Of a stretch of DNA of 64,000 nucleotides, positions 47,468 to 56,900 are shown in pieces. Below the pieces are notes generated by a model. The model was given only the letters and a program-made list of their open reading frames with translations. It was not told where the DNA came from and ran no database searches. This stretch comes from Nitrospinae bacterium CG11_big_fil_rev_8_21_14_0_20_45_15 (lineage in GTDB: Bacteria; Nitrospinota; Nitrospinia; Nitrospinales; VA-1): positions 3,130 through 67,129 of the forward strand of contig PCWG01000023.1 of NCBI GenBank assembly GCA_002787235.1, read 5' to 3'. Both the position numbers and the translations under genes were made by a program. The number at the start of each line of letters is the position of its first letter. Positions within the stretch are counted from its first letter, which is position 1.

Positions 47468-49011
47468 TATTTTTTTTCGGAGGGGGAGCGCAAATAACCT
47501 CCGGCGATCAATTCTTTGCGCATTTCCTCACTGATACCTTTTTTGTGCGATGTCCATTTCAATTTTTGCCGATCGCCCCATTCTTTGAGTATGGCTTCCA
47601 TTTTAATCACCTTCTCGGGTTGCTCTGCAAGTAAATTCCGATTTTCTTTGGGATCATTTTCGAGATCAAGCAGAAGGGCAGAGGTTTTGCCCTGCTCGTC
47701 GACTTGTTTGATGTATTTCCAACGTCTGTCCCGGACAACACGGTATTCTTCTTCGTAAGGTGTTTCTTGCAGGAAAACCATTTCGTCTCCAGCGGATCTT
47801 TTATCCTGTGCTTGTAGCAGGGATTTCCCTGGCAACCAGGGCAGAGCCGGGAATCTCAAGGCTTCCATGACAGTGGGCACCAGATCAATGGTGGAAACCA
47901 TTGCCTGAGAGCGAGCGGGAGTTTTAACAGCCGCTGATTTTGGAGGTTTGATGAGCAGTGGAATTCTTATGACGGGCTCGTAATAACGCCCGGTGTGGCC
48001 GGGGCCGGGTTTGGCAAACTGATGAGCGTAGGTTTCAAAATGCAGTTCGCCATGATCGGCCAAAAGCACGATCATGGTTTCGTCGTAAAGCCCTTTGGTT
48101 TTGAGGGATGCAAAAATTTTTCCCAGATAATCGTCTACCAATCGAATTTCACCGTCGTACAGGGCGACTGCCGGTTCCTTGAAGGATTCAGGTAACAGTC
48201 CATTGCGCCAGGCTTTTGCCAGATCGTTGGCGCAACGCAAATTGAAATCCTCATCAAAACCCTTTAATTTTTGTGGCGGCGGAATGGGCATGAACAGCGT
48301 ATCGTAGGGCGGCGGGGGATCGTAGCTTTCATGAATGTTCTGAACGTGGAGCCATACGAAAAAATTTCCCGGTTTCGATGATTCGCCCTTCTTGTTTTCA
48401 GCGGGATGTTTTTGCGACCAGGTATCGAGCCAGTCGAGAAAGGCGGTGAAACCTGCGGTATCCTCTTCCAGGTCTTTGTCTTCGTGTTCGTGACTGGCGA
48501 TCGGGATGTACTCGAAATTGGCGAATCCGCGATTCAAACCCGACTCTTCGCTCATAGCGTGGTAACCGATGAAAGCGGATGTATCGTAGTTTTTTCTGGA
48601 AAGATATTCGGTTAGAATGGGACTTTGTGGAGAGATCTCCATTCCATTATCGACAAGGCCATGTTGCAAAGGGTAAAGTCCGGTGAGCATGGAAGCATGC
48701 GAAGGTGCTGAGTTTGTCGCCACAGTGAAGGCGTTTTCAAATACCAGACTGTCTTCGGCCAGTTGGCTTATGTTGGGACTGGTTTCACGCGAGTAGCCGT
48801 AGACATTCAGGTGATCGTAGCGCAAAGTGTCGAGGGTGATGTAAATGAGATTGGGGCGAGTTTTAGACAGTGTGTCGCCGGACATGATGTTGAGGATGTA
48901 ACGGGCTTGCAGGAAAACAAAAACGGTGCCAGCCAGGACGATCAGTCCCAGAAGCCATTTTTTTTCAAGAAAGAGGTTAAAAAATTTACGCAACATGTAT
49001 TCTCTAGCCAT
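47467..49011 (-). CDS. Membrane-anchored sulfatase-fold (alkaline-phosphatase superfamily) enzyme
   Basis: N-terminal TM (WLLGLIVLAGTVFVFL). LIYITLDTLRYDHL metal site. Signature region TNSAPSHASMLTGLYP. LLADHGE. The start is 49011 or 48996. Confidence 0.85.
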   Translation of the reverse strand: MAREYMLRKFFNLFLEKKWLLGLIVLAGTVFVFLQARYILNIMSGDTLSKTRPNLIYITLDTLRYDHLNVYGYSRETSPNISQLAEDSLVFENAFTVATNSAPSHASMLTGLYPLQHGLVDNGMEISPQSPILTEYLSRKNYDTSAFIGYHAMSEESGLNRGFANFEYIPIASHEHEDKDLEEDTAGFTAFLDWLDTWSQKHPAENKKGESSKPGNFFVWLHVQNIHESYDPPPPYDTLFMPIPPPQKLKGFDEDFNLRCANDLAKAWRNGLLPESFKEPAVALYDGEIRLVDDYLGKIFASLKTKGLYDETMIVLLADHGELHFETYAHQFAKPGPGHTGRYYEPVIRIPLLIKPPKSAAVKTPARSQAMVSTIDLVPTVMEALRFPALPWLPGKSLLQAQDKRSAGDEMVFLQETPYEEEYRVVRDRRWKYIKQVDEQGKTSALLLDLENDPKENRNLLAEQPEKVIKMEAILKEWGDRQKLKWTSHKKGISEEMRKELIAGGYLRSPSEKK

Positions 49012-50524
49012 TCATTATTTGCAAGAAACTCAGCAAGAGTTTTTTGATAAAACAGCCATTCAGGATGGTTGTGACCGTATTTCCTTCGGGCAATTGTGGC
49101 GGCAGGCAATGCGGATGGCGCATTGGCTTCAGTCGCAACACCCAGTTTGGAACAAGCCGTTTGTTGTGGATATGCCCAAATCGATTGATGCCATTATAAC
49201 CCTTTTGGCGGTGCAGTTGACGGGCAATATCTATGTCCCTGTCGATCCTGAAAGCCCCCCAAAAAGGAAACTGGCAATCTATAAAACACTGGGGCCCTGC
49301 GTGACGGTGCAACGCGATTCGGGAGAAATAATATTCGACGGCGAAGTTTACAAGGTTCCTGAAGAAATTTCAGAAGAAGATTTTATTTCTATTGAATTGT
49401 CTATTCTGAAAAGTCTTGGCAAAAGAGGAACACAGGACCCACTGTATATTATCTTCACCTCTGGAACGACCGGTCAGCCCAAGGGTGTGACCATTTCCAA
49501 CGCCAATGTGGTCGATTATATCGAATGGGCGGTTACAACTTATGCGATCACAGAGCGAGAGGTGATTGGAAATCAGGCCCCTCTATTTTTTGATAACTCG
49601 ACTCTCGATTTGTATTTGATGCTCAAAACCGGAGCGACCTTGAGTTTGATTCCCAGAGAAACTTTGAGTTTCCCAAGTTTATTGGGAGAATATCTCGAAA
49701 ATGAAAAAATATCATTTCTCTTTTGGGTTCCTTCTCTGCTTGCGAATCTGGTCAAATTTGATACCTTCTCCGGGCATCATTTAGGCGCACTTGAAAAAAT
49801 TCTATTTGCTGGCGAGGCCATGCCGCTCGGTGTTTTAAAATCATTGCGGAGCTCGTTTCCCAATGCTTTGCTCTCCAATTTGTATGGCCCCACTGAGATC
49901 ACAGTGGATGCCATTTACTGGATTTTTGGTGACGAGTTGGCGACCTTGAAGGCAACTCCTCTGGGCGTTCCCTGCACCAACCATCGTATTCTTTTTTTGG
50001 ATGAGGAAGGTCAGCCCATCCGTCAATTCGATACCATTGGTGAGATATGTGTCGCGGGTGCTGGAGTGGGCCTGGGCTACTGGAATGATGCGGAACGAAG
50101 CGACCGGGTCTTTATTCAGAATCCAGAGCACCATTTGTACAACGAAAGGGTTTATAAAACGGGTGATCTGGGTTACCTTTCGGAAGCAGATGGTCTCATC
50201 TATATGGTCGGGAGAAATGATGATCAGTTCAAACATTTGGGCTATCGTATCGAATCGGGAGAAATTGAAACGGCTCTGGAGCAAATGCCCGGCATTGCGC
50301 AATCTTGTGTGATTTACGATAAAGACAAAAATGAAATTCTGGCATTCTATACCGCAGACAGCAATAGCGCAGGGCCTCCGAATCGTAAAGCGATGGCAGA
50401 GTTATTGCCGCCCTATATGTTTCCGAGACGTTTCATCTTACTGGAAAAATTTCCAACCACTGCAAACGGGAAGAAAGATCGTAGCCTTGTGTGGAACCAA
50501 TACAAGAACCAGGATCAACGGTAA
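48995..50524 (+). CDS. DltA-like adenylation enzyme (carrier-protein ligase)
   Basis: IIFTSGTTGQPKGV, GEICVAGAGVGLGYWN, YKTGDLG, GRNDDQFKHLGYRIESGEIE, NGKKDR. Start chosen at MYSLAIHYLQ by collinearity with DltA; the longest ORF begins at 48926. Confidence 0.85.
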   Translation: MYSLAIHYLQETQQEFFDKTAIQDGCDRISFGQLWRQAMRMAHWLQSQHPVWNKPFVVDMPKSIDAIITLLAVQLTGNIYVPVDPESPPKRKLAIYKTLGPCVTVQRDSGEIIFDGEVYKVPEEISEEDFISIELSILKSLGKRGTQDPLYIIFTSGTTGQPKGVTISNANVVDYIEWAVTTYAITEREVIGNQAPLFFDNSTLDLYLMLKTGATLSLIPRETLSFPSLLGEYLENEKISFLFWVPSLLANLVKFDTFSGHHLGALEKILFAGEAMPLGVLKSLRSSFPNALLSNLYGPTEITVDAIYWIFGDELATLKATPLGVPCTNHRILFLDEEGQPIRQFDTIGEICVAGAGVGLGYWNDAERSDRVFIQNPEHHLYNERVYKTGDLGYLSEADGLIYMVGRNDDQFKHLGYRIESGEIETALEQMPGIAQSCVIYDKDKNEILAFYTADSNSAGPPNRKAMAELLPPYMFPRRFILLEKFPTTANGKKDRSLVWNQYKNQDQR

Positions 50525-50539
50525 ATCGAATCAATCATC

Positions 50540-50797
50540 ATGGAATTAGATCAAATTGAGGAAAAAATCAGAGGGTTTATTGAGAGCGAATTCCCCAATT
50601 CCGGTGAAGAACTTGAAAATACAACGAATTTGCTGGAAGATTGGTTCGTCGATTCCTTTGGGATCATTAACACGCTGATGTTTTTGGAAAACGAGTTTGG
50701 GGTCAACGTGGATCGCGCCGATATCACACCGGGAAATTTCAAAAGCGTTCATACTCTTTCCCTGCTGGTACAAGGAAGGCTGTCAAACGTTAAGTAA
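50540..50797 (+). CDS. DltC-like acyl/aminoacyl carrier protein
   Basis: 85 aa. LLEDWFVDSFGIINTLMFLENEFGV, with the phosphopantetheine Ser in a DSFG context. Confidence 0.75.
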   Translation: MELDQIEEKIRGFIESEFPNSGEELENTTNLLEDWFVDSFGIINTLMFLENEFGVNVDRADITPGNFKSVHTLSLLVQGRLSNVK

Positions 50798-52512
50798 TGG
50801 CAGGATTGTTGGGCACCGGCCCAGTCACTCCGGAAGAGCAATTAAAAAATGACCGACATCACTGGGCTCCGGTCACAGCCGTCCTTCTTTTTCTAGCCGT
50901 TTTTATCTACCTGTTCACTTACGCTTCGGAAGAGCTGGATCTGCCGATGCCACAGTCTCTGGCCGAAACCTTGGGCTGGGAGCCAGTGAAAGTTTTTGAC
51001 GATGACGGCAACGTCGATAGCAGTTTGTATGTCCCTCTAACGTTTATTTACGACAATGACGACGAACGTTTCATCTTGTTTGTTGGTATTGCCGTAGCAT
51101 TTTTGCTGGTTTATTTTCTTCCCTTAAAATACAAGCGCGAATCCTTATTTGTTTCCTTTTGCGTCATCATGGGGATTCTTTATGGCACGCGTGGTCTTGC
51201 CGGGCTTGCGATGGGACACGCACTTGTCTACCTCTTCCTGCATCCCGTTTCGCGTTACCGCCTTGCCATTGCAGGATTGCCGGGATTTCTCGGAGTCATC
51301 GCCTTTGCTGAATATTCGATCCCCAATGCGAAATTATTGTTGCAGGCTCTGCTGACAGGCTTGGCAGGAGCCGTTGTCTATGTGAGTGTGGTGCGCCCCT
51401 TTTTGAACAAAGGGAAAATGGCGACTTTGTTGCAGACCCTTATTGTCCATTCGGCATTGTTCGTCACTCTGGGCGGTGCGCTGTACGAGAGGGAGACCGG
51501 CGACACTTTTGAAATTGCCCTGGGTGTCCTCTTGTTTTTATGGCATTGGGAGCGGTTGATTCTTTATCACATCGACTATAAAGATGGCAGGGTTCCAGAG
51601 GACATTTCTTTGGTGCGTTATCTGTCCATTTTCATGACGCCTGCACAGTTGGCTCATTGGACCAATGGCGTTTCCATAGCGCAGGGTTATTCATACTGCG
51701 AAGACCATTTCCTTTGCGAAGATAAAAATAAACTGGTTTTCGATGGCCTCAAATTGTGGACAGTTGCCTTGATCTATCTGGTTTTCGGGAACTGGTTGTT
51801 GCATCATTTTCTGAATTCTGTCAGTCGTTGGGGTGGCGTGGAATTTTTCTTGCGGAACCGATTGCTGGCCTGTCATTTTGTGGAAGGCGGCGCGGTTTCA
51901 ACTTCAACGGTTTTGCTCACCACCTTGGCCGACCTCTTGAGATGGACCACACTATGGGGCGGTGTGGTGCACTTCAAGGTAGGATTGTGGCGGATTTGTG
52001 GGTATCGTGTCGATCCGTATTTTAACTATCCCTGGATATCGACCAATCTGGTTGTGTTGTGGTCGCGCCTGACCTTCCATTACCGCGAATTTTTAGTTCG
52101 CGCTTTTTATTATCCCGTGTTCTTCAAATGTTTCAAAAAGAGCCCGCATCTACGAATTTTATGCGCCACGCTTTCTGCCGCGACCGTGGGGAACCTGGTT
52201 TGGGGCCACATGACCGAGGGTGTTTTTTATAATGGAGTCGCATGGGAAAATATAGTTTTTGAATTTAAAAGATGGCCCTATTTTTTGCTGTTGGGTCTGG
52301 GCATCACCGTCAGTCAGTTCTGGCTCATGCACAAAAAAAAGAGTGCTCGCAAGCCCTGGACTTTTGATCGCAGGATAGGACTGGACATACTTGCCACCTA
52401 TATCACCCTCCAGTTTTACGCATTGATCCACGTTTTCATGCATCCCTGTGCAGAAGGTTCCCTGTGGGACCATTTCCGGCTGTTTTTGATAGGGCTGGGT
52501 GGCTCGGCCTGA
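50797..52512 (+). CDS. MBOAT-like membrane-bound O-acyltransferase (DltB/AlgI-like)
   Basis: 571 aa, polytopic. FNYPWISTNLVVLWSRLTFHYREFLVRAFYYPVFF resembles the AlgI/DltB region around the invariant His (FN.P....S...FW.RWH.SL..W.RDY.Y.P). The start overlaps the carrier-protein stop. Confidence 0.6.
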   Translation: MAGLLGTGPVTPEEQLKNDRHHWAPVTAVLLFLAVFIYLFTYASEELDLPMPQSLAETLGWEPVKVFDDDGNVDSSLYVPLTFIYDNDDERFILFVGIAVAFLLVYFLPLKYKRESLFVSFCVIMGILYGTRGLAGLAMGHALVYLFLHPVSRYRLAIAGLPGFLGVIAFAEYSIPNAKLLLQALLTGLAGAVVYVSVVRPFLNKGKMATLLQTLIVHSALFVTLGGALYERETGDTFEIALGVLLFLWHWERLILYHIDYKDGRVPEDISLVRYLSIFMTPAQLAHWTNGVSIAQGYSYCEDHFLCEDKNKLVFDGLKLWTVALIYLVFGNWLLHHFLNSVSRWGGVEFFLRNRLLACHFVEGGAVSTSTVLLTTLADLLRWTTLWGGVVHFKVGLWRICGYRVDPYFNYPWISTNLVVLWSRLTFHYREFLVRAFYYPVFFKCFKKSPHLRILCATLSAATVGNLVWGHMTEGVFYNGVAWENIVFEFKRWPYFLLLGLGITVSQFWLMHKKKSARKPWTFDRRIGLDILATYITLQFYALIHVFMHPCAEGSLWDHFRLFLIGLGGSA

Positions 52513-52782
52513 TTCTGGAAATCTGTTCAGAGTACCAGAATGATCCGTTTGTGAAAGTATCTGAACGTTCCTAAAAAATTCCATCTCTCTTTGTCCGCAA
52601 AACCAACTTCACGTTGCACGGCATTTCTCTTAAAAATCACTTTAAAACTTCGTAGATTGATCAAGGCAAATATTGCACTTTTTTAACATATTACCCATTA
52701 TTTGATAAATTATGCAATCGGATGGATTTAGCATAAAATAATAATCCACTGAAAACATTAGGTTTTAAAGTTTTATCCGGTT

Positions 52783-52798
52783 TGGCAAGGTATTTGCT
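52783..52798 (+). promoter_or_regulatory. Sigma-54 (-24/-12) promoter candidate
   Basis: TGGCAAGGTATTTGCT against consensus TGGCACG-N4-TTGCW. GG and GC are correctly spaced with one mismatch. It lies 128 nt upstream of the IHF/HU-like gene. Confidence 0.5.
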
Positions 52799-52925
52799 TA
52801 CTGTAAAGCAGAGTTTGAAATTCAGTGATTGCCTTCCAAGAGATTTGAAATGCTTGAAGTGGCATGATTGATGATTTTAATGAGCAATTATTTGGTAACA
52901 ATTGAATGATAAGGAGAGGTGAAAT

Positions 52926-53285
52926 ATGACCCGAGCGGAATTGGTTACAAAGATTTCTATGCGAATGGATGTAAGTAAAAAGGAGGCAGAGTTGTATCTC
53001 AGTAGTTTTTTAGAGTCTATCGTTAGCAGTTTGCACCGTGGTGAACGAGTTGTTATTCAAGGATTTGGCTCATTTTCCATGAGAACCTATTCTGCAAGAG
53101 AGGCTAAGAAACCGTTGACAGGCGAAATCATGTTGCTTCCAGAACGGTCAAAACCTGTTTTTCAGCCGGGGAGAGAATTGCGTGAGAGGGTCAATCAAGA
53201 GATCTGTGATAACAAGAAATCGGCTCTGCCGCGACGGCGTTTGAGGATTTCTGTTCAAAATATATTGGAAACCGCTTCGATTTGA
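52926..53285 (+). CDS. IHF/HU-family DNA-binding protein with a basic C-terminal extension
   Basis: MTRAELVTKIS...SKKEAELYLSSFLESIVSSL..GERVVIQGFGSFSMR...REAKKPLTGE...KPVFQPGRELRERVN. GGAGAGG RBS. Confidence 0.85.
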   Translation: MTRAELVTKISMRMDVSKKEAELYLSSFLESIVSSLHRGERVVIQGFGSFSMRTYSAREAKKPLTGEIMLLPERSKPVFQPGRELRERVNQEICDNKKSALPRRRLRISVQNILETASI

Positions 53286-53451
53286 TAGGCAAGTCAGGCG
53301 GAACAAAATTCTTTTGTGTTGAGCCTCTCCGTGATAGACTTCGGTTTGTTGTTACTTGTATTTGATAGAATCAAAACGATTCTAAAAAACAGCGAACGCA
53401 TTCTCCGATGCGGGTATCTGAGCGGAGAATCCAAAATGCTCCGGGGTATCA

Positions 53452-53724
53452 ATGAACGCTCCACTGGTTTGCGTGAAGTGCGGGAAGTCAGATATCATTT
53501 CTGGTGACATAGGCTTGCGGACCAACCGTGATAAGGAGCTTATTATGGTCGTGCGCAAATATCACGGAGTTGAAAAAAAGTCACCTCTCGTGCCACTGGT
53601 TTGTAGCTCTTGCGGTCATGTTGAATTCACAGTGGAAGATGTTGCGAGTTTGGAGGTGAGCCCTGAAGACAAGCCTATCAATAGAGAATTCCGTCCCCCG
53701 CCTTTGCAGGAATACGATTTTTAA
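53452..53724 (+). CDS. Hypothetical zinc-ribbon protein
   Basis: 90 aa with CVKCG...CSSCG. Weak RBS, and it overlaps the alternative ORF at 53316-53507. Confidence 0.35.
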   Translation: MNAPLVCVKCGKSDIISGDIGLRTNRDKELIMVVRKYHGVEKKSPLVPLVCSSCGHVEFTVEDVASLEVSPEDKPINREFRPPPLQEYDF

Positions 53725-53904
53725 TCAGGAAGCCTGACTCGCCTTGCTGGCTCATGAAAGGCTGTCTTTATTAAACGATTGTTGTTTCTCCAGCTTGATG
53801 GGGGCCGTCCGCAGTATCCAAAATTTTTGTTAAAATTTTCCCCGCCTGATTGCGTTGTCTCTGCACTCTGTTTTTGTCTGCAAAGTCAGTCGCCACGACC
53901 CGTG

Positions 53905-56900
53905 TCAGCTGTAGCTGGCATCGGGATGGAAACAAATGACAGCGGCGGTTGCACTGGGAGGGTCGAATTCCCCTGAGTCTGTCAGCGTCACGCCAATGTC
54001 CTGTGCCTTCAGAATATCCCAGATCGTTTTGTTGTTCTTCAAATCAGTCAATGCCGCGTAGCCAGGACTATAGCGTTGGCCTTGCCGGTCCCTTTTTAAG
54101 CCTGCCCGTGTTCGTATCAGAGTGTGGATATATTCCGCGAGGTCTTCCGTGATGCGGTCTCCGAGACCTTGCAGGTAGAGCGACGATTCCGAGTCATGTT
54201 CGTTTTTGAATTTCGCGACCGCATCTACCAATTGCGGTCCTGCGGTGGTTATTTGCAAACCGAGCGCATCCATCTGCCCCGAACTTTTTGGGAAAACATA
54301 TTGGGCGACGGAAAATTTGTCTTTCTGTCCCTTGCCAATGCAGAGCGAAAATTTGATTCGCCCGAGTTCGATCTGATGGTTTTCCGGATCGTAGAGAATG
54401 ACATCGTCGCCATCGGATTGTGCGGGTAGCAACGCGAATCGCGAGCGTGGGGAGATCCATCCTTCGCTTTCAGATTTGCTCATCCACTCTTCGCGCAATT
54501 TCTCAAGCTCGCTTTCCTTGACACCTTTTTGTTCCCAGCTGGATTGTTTCCCAAATTTCCAGTTCAAAGAGTACAAGCTTTTGGTATCCAGATTGGGGGC
54601 CATTTTGTTGAGTTTCAGCTCCAGCCGATGAATGCCATAACCTTCGCGTGGGGGCTCGTGTTTTTTAAAGCTGACTTTTCTGCGTGGCAATTCTTCCAGC
54701 AGTTTATCGCGAGTTTCCTGCATCCCTTTCGCACGCTGATATTCTGTCGTCAAACGCTCCTTGTTCTTTTTTAAGAACGCGGGAAGTGTTTTCTTGCTGA
54801 TGAGTTGGCCCATTGTGTTGACGCCATCCATGCCGTTTTCACAATAGAAAACATCACCAAGGATATTCTCGATTTCACTTTGGCCGTGCATGGCGACGTA
54901 GCCTGCGTGTCTGTGATTGACGGGTGCGCCACCGATGAGAAGAGGAATTTTGAACTTCATTTCGTTCAGCATGCGTGCGACAGATATCATGTGATTCGAG
55001 GTTTGCACCAGCAGGGCACTCATGCCAATGGCATCGGCTTTTTCCTTTTTCGCGGTTTCGATGAAATTTTCCAACGGAACCTGAACCCCGAGATCAATGA
55101 CGCGATAGCCATAATTTTCAAGCAGAGTTTTGGCAAGATCTTTGCCGATACTGTGAACATCCTGATAGACGGTGCCGAGAACGATGACTCCTTTGTACTG
55201 AATTTCATCGGTCATATTGGCTCCGCTTTTGTGGCGCATCCAGGATTCGAGAAAGGTCATGACATGGCGCATGACATCAGCACTTTTCAATAAATGCGGC
55301 AAGCTGACTTCGCCTCTGCCAAAACCATCTCCCAGCTCTTTCATGGTTTTCATCAAAAAATCGTTGATGAATTCGAGTGGATCGTGTTTGTCTACTGCCT
55401 GCGCGACCTGCAAAACAATGGAATCTGAAAAATTAAAGACGCCACCGGCTTTTTCAAAGGAACCTATTCTTTTCTCTTTGCGACCGTCTCGTATTTTAAG
55501 ACAGATACTTTCTTCCAGAGGAAGATGGTCGTAGTCGATTTTTGCTACGACGGTTCCCGTTTCCTTGGTCAGAGCGATTTCTTCGAGTCGCTCAAACGCC
55601 GCCATGTTCCGGTCGAGAATCACCTGCCGGGCCAACTCCACATCGTCTTTCGGCAAGCTTTCCAGCGGCACGTAATGATGGGGATTGAGGATGGCGCAAT
55701 CGAGTCCTTTTTCCCGTGCCAGTTCGAGAAAAACACTGGTCAGGACTTTACGCATGTACGGTTTTTTGGCGAGACCATTGGTCAGGTTGCCGACACCGAT
55801 GGAAGTTTTCAGATCGGGATGAATGGCTTTGATTCTAGGCAGGGCTGAAAGAGTCTCCGCACAAAAATTAAGTCCTTCGACCGATTCACTGCCAATCGGA
55901 TAGGCGTTGACATCGATGAGCAATTGCGAGGGTTGGACGCCGTATTTATCGCGGCATTGACGCACAATTTCATCAGCGAGGTCGAATTTTTCCTGCTCCG
56001 TTTGTCCCGGCCCTTTTTCGCCGTTGACCAACGCAATGTATATGGGGCCATGAGCTGAAGTCGTTGACAAAACCGCGTCGAGTTTTGAAACTCCGTCCTT
56101 GTACTCTTCGAGGCTGATAGAGTTGATGATGGGTCGACCGGGATATTGTTCTATCGCAACCTGCAAGGCTTCGACGGAAAAAGAGTCGATACAGAACACG
56201 CCTTTAAAATCGCTGGTCATCCCGTGAATGATTTCGGGCAGGACTCGTTCGGTTTCAACAATGTTGCTATCCATGCAAATGTCTATGATTTCGATGCCGA
56301 GGTCGCGGACCTGTTCCTGCGCCACTTCGTCCAAAGCCTGAAAATCTATTTCATCGTCTTGCTCGACAGCGTCACGGACCTTTTTACTTCCTCGCACATT
56401 AAGTCGCTCGCCAATGCGGATCAGATTTTCTGAACTGTCGAGAGCCGCAACTTCCTGCGGACCGGAAACGTAAACGCGAGAATCGGAAGTGCGCTTGAGG
56501 GGAACAACACCTTTAAAACGTTCGCTCAATGCCTTAATGTGTGCGGGTGAGGTGCCGCAGCAGCCCCCGACGATATTGACGCCCCATTCGTGGACAAAGG
56601 GTTCCATCGCATCGGCCATATCTTGTGGCGATAATTTATAACAAGTCTTGCCTTCTTCAGAAATGGGCTGGCCGGCATTGGGCACGACAGAAATTGGACC
56701 TTTACAGATGCGGCTCATTTTCTTCACCGTATCCACCATGAGTTCTGGACCGACGTTGCAATTGACACCGAATACGTCGATATTCATTCCAGAGACGGCC
56801 GTATAAGCGGCGTGAATGTCGGTGTTGAATATCTGCATTTTTGAAAATTGATCGACCGTGACCTGAACCATGACAGGTAGCAAATGCTGTGCTGTGGCCA

